A stretch of 56,543 bases of DNA, counting the filler, from Fonticula-like sp. SCN 57-25 (taxonomy: Eukaryota), in NCBI GenBank assembly GCA_001724245.1. It is 4 parts of 4 records of this genome, joined end to end, with 100 filler letters (N's around TTAATTAATTAA, not from the genome) between each part and the next. Parts side by side here need not be neighbours in the genome. Positions count along the whole stretch, not along the records: positions 28,504 to 42,507 come from MEDX01000165.1; positions 42,608 to 56,543 come from MEDX01000166.1; 2 more parts are not named here. One strand, 5' to 3'. The translations under genes and the position numbers were made by a program. Under the pieces are notes generated by a model, which was not told the DNA's origin, did not search any database, and saw nothing but the letters and a program-made list of their open reading frames with translations. Below, one piece after another: positions 35,367 to 47,528 of the stretch. Each line of letters starts with the position of its first letter. The first letter of the stretch is position 1.

Positions 35367-38039
35367 ATGGACGAGCTCGCGCGGCTGCAGGGCGATGCGC
35401 AGCAGCTCTTTCTCATGACGTCGGGGCTGCCGCGTCCCATTTCGGCGCCCCTGTCGCAGGTCACTGCAGAGGCGAGCAAGGTGCGCCGCGGTCTTTGCTT
35501 GTGGCTAAACTGGGGCTAACTTGCCGGGTTGCAGCTTGCCCAAAAGAGCGCCTATGCCGGCGCCAGCAGCAGAGGGTGCGCTCGCCGCCACTGATGCGAT
35601 GTACTTGTTTTCTAACGTGTCTTTTTATTGCAGTCCTGTTATCCTTGCGTCGAGCGGGATTGACACTGGCGTGCTTGCGCAGAGCGTTAATCTTGATCTG
35701 ATGCAGGCGCTTGAGCCTCTCGAGGCCGTCCGCGACACTGATGTCGAGGCGCACATTCGTCAGGAGCAGCAGCTCACTATTGTGGCTGCGTTTGAGGAGA
35801 GCGTCCGCGAGACGGTGCGCGACTTTCAGGCGACCGCTGTGCGGACGATCGAGCTTGACTGGGAGCACTCGAAGCGCCGCATCCTCGAGGAGCTCGGCCA
35901 GGTCTCGAATGGGATGGTTGTCGACTCTGTCTCTGACTCTGACGCCGGCGTTCGCGGCGTGAGCGGCGGCATGGAGGTTCTGCCGCTCACGCGCCCCGTT
36001 TCGCGCCAGCTGACTGCGCGGATGGTGACGTATGCCGATGTCGTTGATCAGCTCAACAAGAAGCGCACGTCGAATGAAAACATGGAGCTTTGCGCCGAGT
36101 TTGGCCGCGCTCTCCAGCGCATGGACGCGCGCAGCTCGACGGTGAGCGACATGTTTGGCATGCTCGCGCACTTTGCCGACGAGAGCAGCCGCACGATCGG
36201 CCGCAGCACTCGCCGCGTTTCGCGCGCGCAGCTGGCGGCCCGCTCGCGCAGCTACCTCGAGAAGCAGTACAAGTTGTATATGGAGAAGCGTATTGGCGAG
36301 ATGCTTCGCGCGGTGCGCCCGGGCGGCGAGCCCGGCATCGAGAACGTTGTTGTTTCTTTTCTTCAAGTTTGGCGCCTGTCTGTGCAGCAGACGCCCGCCG
36401 TCCAGGCGAGCCTCGTCGTCGAGAACGGCGTGCCCGTGTGGGGCTATGTGTTCTTCCTTATTCGCTGCGGCGAGCTTCAAAAGGCCGCGGATGCGGTGAC
36501 GCGCAAGTACCAGGCCGTGTTCAAGGGCCAGGACGCGTGCATTGCCGACCTGCTGACGGCGTACGTTCAGAACGGCGGTCGTCTCCCCCGCCCGCTGCGC
36601 CAGACCGCGATGGACCACTACCCCAAGCCGCAGGACGACGTGTTCCGCCAGGCCGTGTACCTGATCCTGACGCGCAGCTTCAAGAGCAAGGCGACGCTGC
36701 GGGCAGTGTTCCAGGCCACCGAGGACTACCTGTGGCAGCAGCTTTGCTTTGTGCAGGAGGAGCCGTCGCCCGACGAGCAGCCTTCCGAGCGCTACACGCT
36801 TGCCGACGTCTACCAAAACATTCATAAGCACGGTGCCGACCACTTTAGCGGCCGCGGCGCGATGCCCTTCAAGTACTTTCACGTGCTCGTGCTCGCCGGC
36901 CAGCTCGAGCGCGCTATCGACTACCTGTCCCAGTGCGAGCCGTACCGCGTCGACGCCGTCCACTACGCGGTCGCGATGCGCTACCACGGCCTCATCAGCG
37001 TCGCGCAGCCCGACCAGAGCAACAGCGCGGCGTCGCCCACGACGCTCCTCGAGCGCGGCGGCGGCGCAGAGCCCAGCCTAAACTACACGCTGCTCATCAA
37101 GCGGTACCTTCACCTCGTTCAGCAGGAGGACCCGGAGCTCGCCCTCAGGTACATCCTCCTCCTCCCGCTCGGCGCCCCCGAAGCGGTACGCAATCATTCT
37201 TGTGGCAGAGTGTTTTTTCTCGCTATTCTCTTGCTGACATTTCTGTGCAGGAGGTCAAGGCCTACCAGGCCGAGTGCCGGCTGCTTATTCAGCGCCTGCT
37301 GACGTCGCACCCCGACCAGCTTCTACTTTTCCTTGGCGACGGCCCCTCGCGCGTTGCCGGCCAGAGCAAGGGCGGCCTTCTTGACCGCTTTGCGTCGCTT
37401 GTCGCGCTGAGCCCCTCTGACGTGTCGACGCTTTCGCGCGACATTGCGTGCGAGGCTGCGGTGCAGTGCGAACAGGAGGGCGCGCTGGACCTCGCTATCC
37501 GGCTGTACCACATGGCGCAGCGCCCCGAGCTTGTGCTGCGGCTGTCTGTGCGGCGGCTCAGCCAGGCGATGCCGCTCGGCAACCCGGCCTTGACGCAGGC
37601 CACACAACAGCTCATTGCGTACTACCGCTCGCTGCCCGCTGTTGCGCAGCAGCTCCAGCCGCTCATCAACCTCGCCGAAAAGGCGCTCAGGCTGCAGGCC
37701 GCGTGGGAGCTCGCGCGCGAGGGCAAGACGGACGACGCGCTCGCTGCGCTCGAGTCGCTCGGCATCCTGCCCCTGCAGGACGGCGCGGGCGCGGCAATTG
37801 TCGAGCTTGAGGACCCGCTCGCCGTGCACTTTCCCATCATCGTGCACCTCGCGAGCGACCTCATTTACAGGCGTTTTGTCAGCCTCAGGGGCGCCGTCGA
37901 CCCGGGGACCGCCGACCGCATCGCCAGCCTCAGGCGCAAGTCGGCGCAGCTCGTCAGGTTTGTCGGCATGCAGCAGAGGGTGCAGATCCCGCAGGACATT
38001 TGCGCCGTGCTTCTGCAGCACGACGCGCTCATGAAGTAG
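35367..38039 (+). CDS. NUP93: Nucleoporin Nup93/Nic96, multi-exon
   Basis: LEPLEAVRDTDVE, WEHSKRRIL, PVWGYVFFLIRCG, TEDYLWQQL, LAGQLERAIDYL and VDAVHYAVAM motifs. Confidence 0.93.
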
Positions 38040-38208
38040 AAACAAAGACAAAAGTTGGAAAGGGGGGTTGTACATTGCTTTACCATAATATATTATCTCA
38101 ATCGAAAGGACACTTTATTGGGATTATTGAGTGTTTGAGTTTGAATAGGGCTCTGTGTTCTGATACCATTTTGTCAAAGTAAATGCCTTTATTGTGTTGG
38201 TACATTGC

Positions 38209-39154
38209 TCAGTGGCCGACCGAGCCAAAGTAGTCGAGCTTGCCGAGCGGGTGCGGGCGAATCTGCAGACATCACTGTGTTAACTTTCCTTTCATGTGCG
38301 CTCTAAGCGTACCGTGTTCGCTCCGGGGCGCCAGCCGGCCGGGCACACCTCGTCGTGCTGGTCGGTGAACTGGAAGGCCTGGACGAGGCGGAGCGTCTCG
38401 TCGACGGAGCGGCCGACGGGGAGATCGTTCATAGTGACCTGACGCAGGATGCCCTTGCCGTCAATGATAAACAGGCCGCTACGCGCGCGTTAGCCAACCG
38501 CACGGATCTGCCCATCTCGTCGTACCGCAGGGTGTGGCCTTCCTCCTCAAGGAGCACGCCATAGTCGCGCGAGATGGAGCGAGTAATGTCGGCGACGAGC
38601 GGGATGTCGGTCGGGCCGAGGCCGCCCTGCTCGCGCGGCGTGTTGACCCACGCAAGGTGAACATACTTGCTGTCCACAGACAGAGCAATAACCTCAGTGT
38701 TGATCGCACGAAACTCGGCCACGCGGTCGTTGAACGCGATAACCTCCGTCGGGCAAACAAAAGTGCTGCGGAAATCATGTGAGCGTGCGCGGCAGAGGTG
38801 ACAGGAATGCGCACAAGTCCATGGGGTAGAACAGGAGGACAACATACTTGCCCGCATAGTCCGAAAGGCGAATGTTCTGGATCTCGCCGCCAATGACGGC
38901 AGTGGCGTCAAAGTCGGGTGCCGGGCGGCGGATAACCGCGCGGTGAGGCGTGTGCATGGGCTAGCGCAGGATGTAAGTTATCGAGTTTCAGAAAACAACA
39001 CGGGGCGTACGCGGCGGCATCCGTCGTGATACTGAGCGCCGCAATCGTCAGAGCCGCGCCACTTAGGACGACCCTCGGCGCCGCGCGTCTCGGTTGCGGC
39101 GGCGACAGCCACCGCAACAAGCAGCACCGCCAGGAGGCTCACGGTGCGCGACAT
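38209..39154 (-). CDS. PRDX4: Typical 2-Cys peroxiredoxin with signal peptide (PRDX4-like), multi-exon
   Basis: Signal peptide and N-terminal Cys. The spliced FYPMDF-TFVCPTE peroxidatic motif, [15 protein letters not shown] and resolving EVCPAGW. Confidence 0.88.
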
Positions 39155-39527
39155 GCCGCCGTTCACTGAAACGTCCAGTTAAAAGTGATGAAAGTCGGAT
39201 TGAAACCTACTTTGTCAAGGCTCGGCGGCGATGTCCGATGGCCTCGTGAGCATAAGGCAAAGGCAAAGCAGTGTTACATTTGTGCGCATAGAACCAATTG
39301 CCTTTTACTTTTTTGTATGCACACACTGTCTTTCTTACCAATTGCAACAGCGCGCATACACATATACCTCCTCACACCCGTCTCCTACCATACATCCACG
39401 TGGCCGTGGTTAATACCCCTGCACGCATCCGGTTTCGACGCATCGCCTGTCGGCAGTTAAGGGCGCGCATCCATCCTCGGCCGGGCTAGGCATCCGCCAG
39501 TGTTTGTCGCTCTCCATCCGCGCCGAC

Positions 39528-40406
39528 ATGTCGTACGGCAACGATACTACCAACCCCTTTGATGCGGACTTTGTGGATACGCCGATGATGGCGTCGCCGC
39601 CTGCCGCCGCTGCGGCTCAGCCGACGCAGCCGCCGCCCGCGTACACGTCATCGAATTCCGCCATGGACGCGTTTGTGGCTGCTGCGCCTGCCATCTTTTC
39701 GGCGGCTTCGGCGACGATGTCGCAGCTTTCGCCGTCAACGCCGGCGCAGTCGCAGAGCGCGCCGCGCCCGCTGAGCGGGTTTGGCTCCAATACTGCGGGC
39801 ATTGACCTCGTCAAGGAGACGCTCGACGAGTCGGTCTGGACGACGCTGGTGCGCATCCCCGCCCTCGCCTATGCCGGGCCTAACATTTGATTTCCTTGAC
39901 AGAGCCGCGACCTTAAGCAGGTGGCCGCCAAGATGTGGCAGGTGCTTATTCCCCGCCGCAACACGGACGTGCTGCGCGACTGGGATCTCTGGGGCCCGCT
40001 TCTGCTGTGCCTCTCGCTGGCCATCATGCTGAGCGTGACTGCGCCGACGGACCAGTCTGCGCTCGTCTTCTCGGGCGTGTTTACAATTATCTGGTGCGGC
40101 GCGGGCGTCGTTGCGCTCAACGCCAAGCTTCTTGGCGGGAATCTTTCGTTCTTCCAGAGTGTGTGCGTGCTCGGGTACTGCTGCCTGCCGCTCGTCATCG
40201 CCTCCTTGATATGCCTCTTTGTGCCTATCGTCTTTGCGCGCATTGCAATTGTCGTCGTCGCGTTTGCGTGGTCGACCTACGCCGCGCTTACATTCCTCTC
40301 GAGCGTGCGCCTCACGGACAGGCGCGCTCTCGCCCTCTACCCAATTTTCCTCTTTTACTTTGTCCTCGCCTGGATCATCCTCATTTCCAAGAGCGTGCTC
40401 GGCTGA
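39528..40406 (+). CDS. YIPF6: Yip1-domain protein YIPF6/Yip4
   Basis: TLDESVWTTL, LRDWDLWGPL, NAKLLGG.LSFFQSVCVLGYC and RRALALYPIFLFY motifs. One intron. Confidence 0.93.
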
Positions 40407-40589
40407 GCGGCCTCGACCAACGCTGCGACCTTTTGCATAGATTCGTGTACATACTATAATGTTCCATATAATGCACATCCTACACCGTTTATATCTGATT
40501 GACACCATTGAGCTCTGTCTGAGTATAATATACATCCATATATCAATTCATCTATTACCAATTATGTTACACATTTCTTCCCTGTAAGT

Positions 40590-42507
40590 TTACAACAGCT
40601 GCAGCTCCTGCTTCCGCTGCACGCGCGCGTACACCATCTCTGCGACGGTCAGCATCAGCGTCTCCACCGCAATCATTCTCGTCGCCGCCACACCAGTAAG
40701 GAGAATCACCGGCAGCAAAAGCGGCAGCACAATGCTTGCGTGCCTGACGCCCGCCTTTTGCCCGCGCACCTCGTACGCGATAATTACAAAGGCTGCGGGC
40801 GCGACCAGCGCGAGCAACGCCGCCTCGCTCACCCGCCCGATGGCACCAAGCCCAACGATGGCCGCGATAGCAAAGCCTGCCTGCATGGCAAAAGCGGCGG
40901 CCGCGACAGGCCCAAGCCGCCCTTCCTCAGTGTACCACGACATGAGCATCGCATCGCGCTGCAGCAACAGGAGCAGCGGCGCAATCACGATGGCGGCCGC
41001 GGCGTCCAGGCGGTCCGCCAGCGACGCCGACAGCAGCGCGAGCGCGACCGAAGAGAGCGTCGCAGCATTGCCGAGCGCGCGCAGCGACGGCGCGAGCGGT
41101 GTAGAGCTCGTAGGGAACGCGCTCAGAATTGGAATGTGATGCCGGCGCTTGGCGTCCATCGCCGCAAAAGGGCTCTTCCGGAGGCGCCCAGCAGCAGGAT
41201 CGGCAGAAGCAGTATCTTTTTCGGCGTGTCCGCCGCCGCGCGCCTTGAGCACAACTGCGATGGTTAGCGTGGCGCACATGGCAAACGTGACAAGCGCCGA
41301 AAAGAGGCGTGCGGCCGTCTCACTGTCCTTTTCCGCAAATGCGCGCTGCTGCGCCAGGTGGACCGCTACGAGGGACAAAAGCAACATGCCGTAGAGCGCA
41401 GCCGACGCGCGCGCGGCCGCCGCCGACGTCTTGAGCAGCGACAGAACAAGCAGCGCAAACGTCACCGACGCCGCAATGTAGAGCATCGGAATTGCCGCGC
41501 CACGCCCCAGCGCCGCCGGCATCGCGCGCGCGACAAACGCAACGGTCGCTACCGGCGTCGCAACGAGGAGAATAAGCACCCACGTTGCAGTCCGCGTTGG
41601 TAGTCCTCGAATCCCAATGAGCACTGCTGCCGCCGCGCACGCCCACGGCACCCACGCGGTCATTGACCCGCTATCGCGACCGTTGCCGAGCACTGACGCA
41701 GCAAACCGCGCTGCACTCATGACAACGTCGGTCGGATCAGTGACGGGCCTCGCCGCGGCGAGCGCGAGCGATGTTGCAATGGCGGCGATGACGGCGCGGC
41801 GCACCGCCACAACGTGCATGAGGTAGCGGAAGGCGAGCGGAAGGCACCCGACGCCGACCGTGAACGCCCACGCGGCCACGGTGAGTGTGAGCGACGGCGG
41901 CTGCGGGAAGAGCGCGAGCAGGACGCGCGTTGGGAGGTCGGGCGCGGCGACGGCGGCGGCGACGGCTATCGCGGCCGCGTGCGACGCCGCCTGGCGGGTC
42001 GTCAAGCGAGGCGACGGCTGGAACAGCGCCAAGTTGAGAATCGGGAGAAGCATTACCACCGTCGACGGGACGGCGCCAGACGCCGCGCCGCACACGAGCA
42101 GCGCCAGTTTACCGGCAAACACGCTCAGCGCAAAGGCGGCGCCAGAGGGGCTGAGAAGGCCGCGCGAGTAGAGCAGCCACGAAAGGGAGCCGCCGGCGGC
42201 CGACGTGCCGACAAGCAGCAGTAGCGGGTACATGTCGTCGAGAAAGACGGCGCGCTCGGCAAACGCAAGCAGGGACGCCACGAGGCCGAGCTCGATGCCG
42301 GCGAGGGGAGAGGCCCGGCCGCTGGAAAGACAGGCGGGGAAGTGCAGAGAAAAGGCGGCCGAGAGGACCGCGGCGGCGACGACCGCCTGAAGAGAGTCAC
42401 CAGAGGCAGCAAACTCGTACGTAAAGTGCGAAAAGTGGTGAAGACAAAAGAAGGCGAGCGTCGCGCTGCCAGCAAGTGCAAACGCTCCATGATACTAGCG
42501 GATAAAA
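40590..42507 (-). CDS. NEF1: Polytopic membrane protein resembling plant NO EXINE FORMATION 1, 5'-truncated
   Basis: The blocks MYPLLLL...GKLALL, GVGCLPL...HVVAVRR, GNAATL and APLLLLLQRD...GRLGPV parallel the conserved blocks of plant NEF1 as I recall them. Confidence 0.65.
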
Positions 42508-42607
42508 NNNNNNNNNNNNNNNNNNNNNNNNNNNNNNNNNNNNNNNNNNNNTTAATTAATTAANNNNNNNNNNNNNNNNNNNNNNNNNNNNNNNNNNNNN
42601 NNNNNNN
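42508..42607. other. Artificial contig-joining linker
   Basis: N44-TTAATTAATTAA-N44. Confidence 0.99.
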
Positions 42608-43274
42608 ATTTGATCTTTAGTTTGCAGTTTAGTTTGCAGTTTCTTGCATGAAGCAATGGCGTCATTCTTACGTGTGGCCAGACGGTGGCCTGACGCCTTA
42701 TGACCAAAGGAGATCAAGCCATGCGTCGGAGCCCAGGTCAAACCTGGCTCCTCTCTGTGTTCATTGGTCAGTGTAGAATTGTTATCCATATTTGGGAGGA
42801 GTATATATATTGGCTGCATGCCACAATAAAACTGCTTTTCCCCAGTGTCACAGAAGAAATGATTTGATTCGGACCTGAGTCGCGATTAAGCGATTGAATA
42901 TGCGCCAATTGTCCAAACACAAAACACAGTCGGGAGACCGTTACCTATTAATATTACTGTACGCTGATTCACGAGCAGTGGACTGGTTAGAGGACCTGCG
43001 GAGATCCCTGTGGTGGTCATCACTTTTTGTCGGCTCCTCAATCCTGCAACTCGCCATTACCGCCCGGGTTTTATGTGGATTTACCGAAAACGTGTGTGGA
43101 TTTACCGTCACCCATTACATGGCCTAAACATTCCTAATGGTGAAACACAGTTATAGTTGAACAAGCATTTGTGTAGAAAACGGCGTAGACGAACAAACAT
43201 TTGAGGAGATGATTTAGTCACGAGAACGCAAGAGAAGGAGAATACAGTAGGGGCTATAATTTATTACTAGAATT

Positions 43275-43800
43275 TCAAAACGATAACACACGCCATTTCG
43301 AGCAATGGCAGACGGCGTCGTCGAAGCGCCATTCAAGGTAGCAGACAATCTGCGCGCCGGCCAGAAACATGATCAATCATCATGAACGACTTTTAGGTGA
43401 TAACGTAGAAGAGTACTAAACGAACAGCGTGGGAGCAGCGGTCGGATCCCTCGTTTTCAGGGCGTTCCTCAGGAGAGGCCGGCGAAAAAGCCGCTGTCTC
43501 AGTGGCACCGTCATCCTCGCGCACTACGGTGACGTCAAACTTGTTCAGAGGAACAGCCACGGGCTCCCCGTTTGAATCCCCAATGAAGACGTCAAGCTCG
43601 TTGCCGGCAGCGGCCAGATGCGCCGTCAGCTTGAGCACCAGATCAGAGCCGGTCACCTGGGCACGAAGCAGCTTGCTGTCGTCGAGCGCACTATGGGAGT
43701 GGCCGTGTCCGGCATGGGAGTGGCCGTGCCCGCCATGCAGTGACAACAACAACGTGGGAACAGGTTTGTGAGACTTGCGTGTCCATTTTGATTGGTGCAT
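43275..43800 (-). CDS. Small His-rich putative metal-binding protein (start and 3' exon uncertain, possibly decayed)
   Basis: HGGHGHSHAGHGHSH is followed by a globular beta-rich segment GNELDVF...PVAVP...ERP...CSH. Possible intron 43350-43425. Confidence 0.5.
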
Positions 43801-43812
43801 CCAGTTCACCTT

Positions 43813-43840
43813 ACTGTGGTTGTCGTGCTGTGGTTGTCGT
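43813..43840 (+). promoter_or_regulatory. Tandem GCTGTGGTT-type element pair in the divergent His-protein/ABC promoter
   Basis: CTGTGGTTGTCGT occurs twice, 14 bp apart. Exact GCTGTGGTT at 43827-43835 and a one-mismatch copy at 43813-43821. Confidence 0.65.
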
Positions 43841-43884
43841 ACCATTTTGTTGCAGCATCTCCCAGGGTCCCCACGTCGCACGCC

Positions 43885-45982
43885 ATGGCCCACCGGCGCC
43901 TTCGCGACGAGGATGACGTCCTGCTTGAGAAGGGCTATGGTTCGCCCAACGACGACGACGACGGCGGCAGTCATGGCCAAGGCCACGGGCACAGTCATGG
44001 TGCTACGGCGGCGCTCGCAGTCTTTGGCCGCCTGCGCGACTCGAGTGGGCCGCTGCGGCGCTTGGCGGCGCTCGCGCGCGCTGAGTGGTCGTGGATGCTT
44101 TCGGGTGCCATCGCGCTCGTGCTCGCCACCAGCATCAACGTGTTTATGCCGTACTCACTAGGCTACATCCTCAACGACGCGGCGGCGGAAGGGTCGTTTA
44201 CTGCCGTTACCAAGGTCATCGTCATTTTCCTCGGAGTTTACATACTAGGATCCGCTTTAACAGCTATGCGTGTGTACTGCTTGACGATGGCAGGCGAGCG
44301 CGTCGTGAGGACGTTGCGCTTGCGTCTGTACGCGAAGCTTCTTCAGCAACCGGTGTCCTTCTTTGACGCGGCCCACTCGGGCGAGCTCGTCAGTCGCCTC
44401 GCGACCGATTGCGAGCTGATTCGGTTGGTGCGACACAGTTGGCATTGGTTTGCAACTCTGACTCACTTTCATGCAGACGCTAACAAACACGGTTGCTGTC
44501 ATGGTGCGTTTTGGCATCCAGGTCATCGGCGGCACCATGTTTCTCTTTTGGCTGAGCTGGAGCTTGACACTGGTCATGCTGTCCGTTGTGCCCCTGCTTG
44601 GCATCGCTGGTTTCCTCTACTCGCGGCGTGCCCGCAGCCTTGGCCGCGACCTCCAGGACGACCTCGCCACCAACGCGGCGCTTGCCGGCGAGGTGTTGGG
44701 CAACATGCGGCACGTCCGCGTCTTCGACGCCGAGGCGCGAGAGAGATCGAGGTCCGTGCATATTTTTGCTATTATTCTTTCTTACAAAAAATTTCTCACA
44801 GGTACTTGACACGGCTTGACTGGACTTATGGAGTCGCCCGCAAGCTCGGTATTTTGAACGCCTTCTTCATGGGAGGGACGGAACTTGGTACGTACATTGC
44901 CGTGCTCGGAGTCATTTTGTACGCAACGTACCTACTGACCGTGGGCCGCCTTAACATCGACTTCGTTAGTGCGTACATGTGCGCGTTTTTGCTCCTGTCT
45001 AACCGTGTGTTTTGTTTATCAGCGTCGTTCGTGCTGTATGCCGTTTACGTGTCCCATGCCCTTGGCGCCCTGTCGCATCAAGGCACGGAGCTCGCGCGCG
45101 CGGCCGGCGCCTCCGAGCGCATTTTTGAACTGCTCGACCGCATGTCTGGCACATCTGCGGAGCCGCTCAGCGAGCCGGCAGGCCCTGTGCTTCGTGGCGA
45201 TATCGAATTTCGAAATGTTACCTTTGAGTACCCTGCACGGCCGAACGAAAAGTCGGCCGGTTCTGTGCTGCGTCGGCTCTCATTCAAAGTGCACTCCGGA
45301 CAGACTGTGGGTGTTGTTGGCGCCTCGGGTGCTGGCAAGAGCAGCATTTTGCAGCTTATCCCCCGCCTCTACGACATCAACGATGGCTCTATCTTGATTG
45401 ATGGCAAGTCGCTCCACTCGTACGACCCGCGGTGGCTGCGGCGTCAAATGGGCTTTGTCATGCAAGAACCCATCGTGTTCCACGACACCATCGCTGCTAG
45501 TACGCAAACAACCCCCTTTTTTTCACATGCTCATTCACACGCACCTGCCAGACATTCGCTACGGTCGCCCTGATGCGAGCGACGAGGAGGTGATGGCAGC
45601 CGCCAAGGAGGCACTCATCCACGACACCATCATGGAATTTCCAAACGGCTACAACACCGTGGTCGGTGATCGCGGCGCCGGACTCAGCGGCGGACAGAAA
45701 CAGCGTGTCGCCATTGCTCGCGTTTTCCTCATGGACGCTCGTATCGTTCTCATGGATGAACCCACGTCAGCACTCGACACCGCCAACGAGGCGCTGGTGG
45801 CGCAGGCGGTGCAACGCCTCTACCAAGGCCGCACCTGCCTCGTCGTGACGCACACTAGTGATCTGCTCCGTGCTGCGGACAGCGTTCTAGTGATGGCAGG
45901 TGGCAGCTGCGAAGCACACGGCACAATTCCAGAACTGCGTGCGAGTTCGGTATCCTTCCAGCGTCTTTTCCCATCTGTTTAG
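43885..45982 (+). CDS. ABCB (TAP/MDL-like) half-transporter with His-rich N-terminus, apparently intact
   Basis: SHGQGHGHSHG, TMD with FFDAAHSGELVSRL, Walker A GASGAGKS, LSGGQKQR, Walker B LMDEPTSALD and H-loop. The frame is restored by short GT-AG introns (e.g. 44428-44476, ~45500-45552). Confidence 0.9.
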
Positions 45983-46511
45983 CAATCATTCATTAATATT
46001 TAGTTGCGCAAAGCTATGCTACCATCAATACGAATGCTTGTTGCACTCATAGTCCGTGCAAATTTGCTGAAAAGTCAGTAAAGTATCCACGATTTAGCCG
46101 ATACTTGTTCAAAATAATTGAAAAATCAACATTAACATTGACGTTTCTTTCATGCAAAATAATACATACGTATTTTTCAAAAATTTGAATTCATCTACAA
46201 TTACAGTCACTCTCAAAGTAACGCCCCCCTCCCTCTCATTTCCACGTTGACCGTCCGGCTTAGAGCGTCTGCGGTGGTAACTGCATGCATCATTGTGCCA
46301 AAGCGGCAGCGCGGGTCCGCCGTCTCGCAAGCGTGTGGACGTCCTCAACATCCTTGTAAATGTAGACGATCACGTTTTCAGATTTGCCCCTGCCTGATCC
46401 CGATGTCGATGTGGCCGGTGCGAAGGCGTTTGCGGCTGACTGCAACCAGCTTGAGGCACATCATCCGTGCGGCAAAGTTGCTGTCAAGGGCCGCTGCATC
46501 GCCATCAGAAG

Positions 46512-47528
46512 ATGCGCTTCTCAAAGCGGGCCGAGATCTTGGCACTGAACGCACGGACACTCGACGCGCGACATTGGCCGGCACTCCGACAGGTTGGCAG
46601 GGACCGTCGCAGTGTGCATCGCTTCCTTCAGACGTTTGCAGGAAGAGCTCTGCTACAAGACTGCAGGCGCCGGGGACGTCGCCCCATACTGGCTTGCCGG
46701 AACGAGCCTAGAGTGAGGCGCGCGATCATGAAAGGCGAGTGCGACACGGCCGTGCAAGTCGCGCGGCAGGCTCAACCTCCGGCTGCCGCGCGTGTCTGAC
46801 TCGACCGTGCGACACGCCATAAGGAGGCAAGGATTGCAGGCCCGGGTCAAACGCGCCGTCCTGCTCCTCACGTCCCGTCACAAGGTACTTAGGCTGGTAT
46901 GGGCACGGAGGCAACGGTACTGGTCGCCGAGTGACTGGGTACGGGTCATATTTTCGCACAAGGCCAAGATTATACTAGTGAGTTCCGCTGGGCGTACCTG
47001 GTGCTGGCGAGGCCCCGGCTGCAATCCCTTCGAGCAGGTCAAGCCTAGGCTGAAATTTGGCGGTGGCTCGCTAATGGTCTTGGGGTGCATGTCAGCGCGA
47101 GGGGTGGGCAACCTGTGTCGTATATTCCCTACTGTGACGGCCGACGTGTACATGGAAATCCTGGAACGGCACATGCTTCCCTCACGGGCCTGGTTGCTGC
47201 CCCACGCGAGGGCACCCTTCGTGTTTCAGCAGGACAACGACGCCAAGCACACATGCACTGCGACCGCCGAGTGGCTCGGCGCGAACCACGTGGACGTGCT
47301 GGCTTGGCCGCCGCTAAGTCCCGACCTAAACCCTCTGGAGTTATTTGGGCCGTGTTCAAGAGAACAGTGCGGGAGGGCGCAGCGATCACCGGCATCGAGG
47401 ACCTCCGGGAACGCATGAAGGCCGAGCGGTGGGCGATCGAAGCCGGGCTGTGCGCACGGTTGGTCGCCTCAAGGCCTGACCGCGTGCGCGCCGTCATCGC
47501 GGCAAGGGGCGGCTACACCAAGTACTAT
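46512..47528 (+). mobile_element. Tc1-family (DD34E) transposase relic
   Basis: HTH region GRRP...STVRHAIRRQGL, then KFGGGSLMV.GC, FQQDNDAKH, WPPLSPDLNPLE and VIAARGGYTKY. The first catalytic Asp is replaced (IFSHKAK) and there are at least two frameshifts. No intact TIR pair found. Confidence 0.9.

Noticed and set aside
96-42490. Many long antisense or alternate-frame ORFs (e.g. 14937-16571 +, 19067-20128 -, 35461-36987 -)
   Set aside because: They are shadows of high-GC3 coding on the real strand and carry no recognisable motifs.
43075-43108. Direct repeat TGTGGATTTACCG x2
   Set aside because: There are only two copies, with no associated gene start or matching partner. It cannot be assigned as a TE end or operator.
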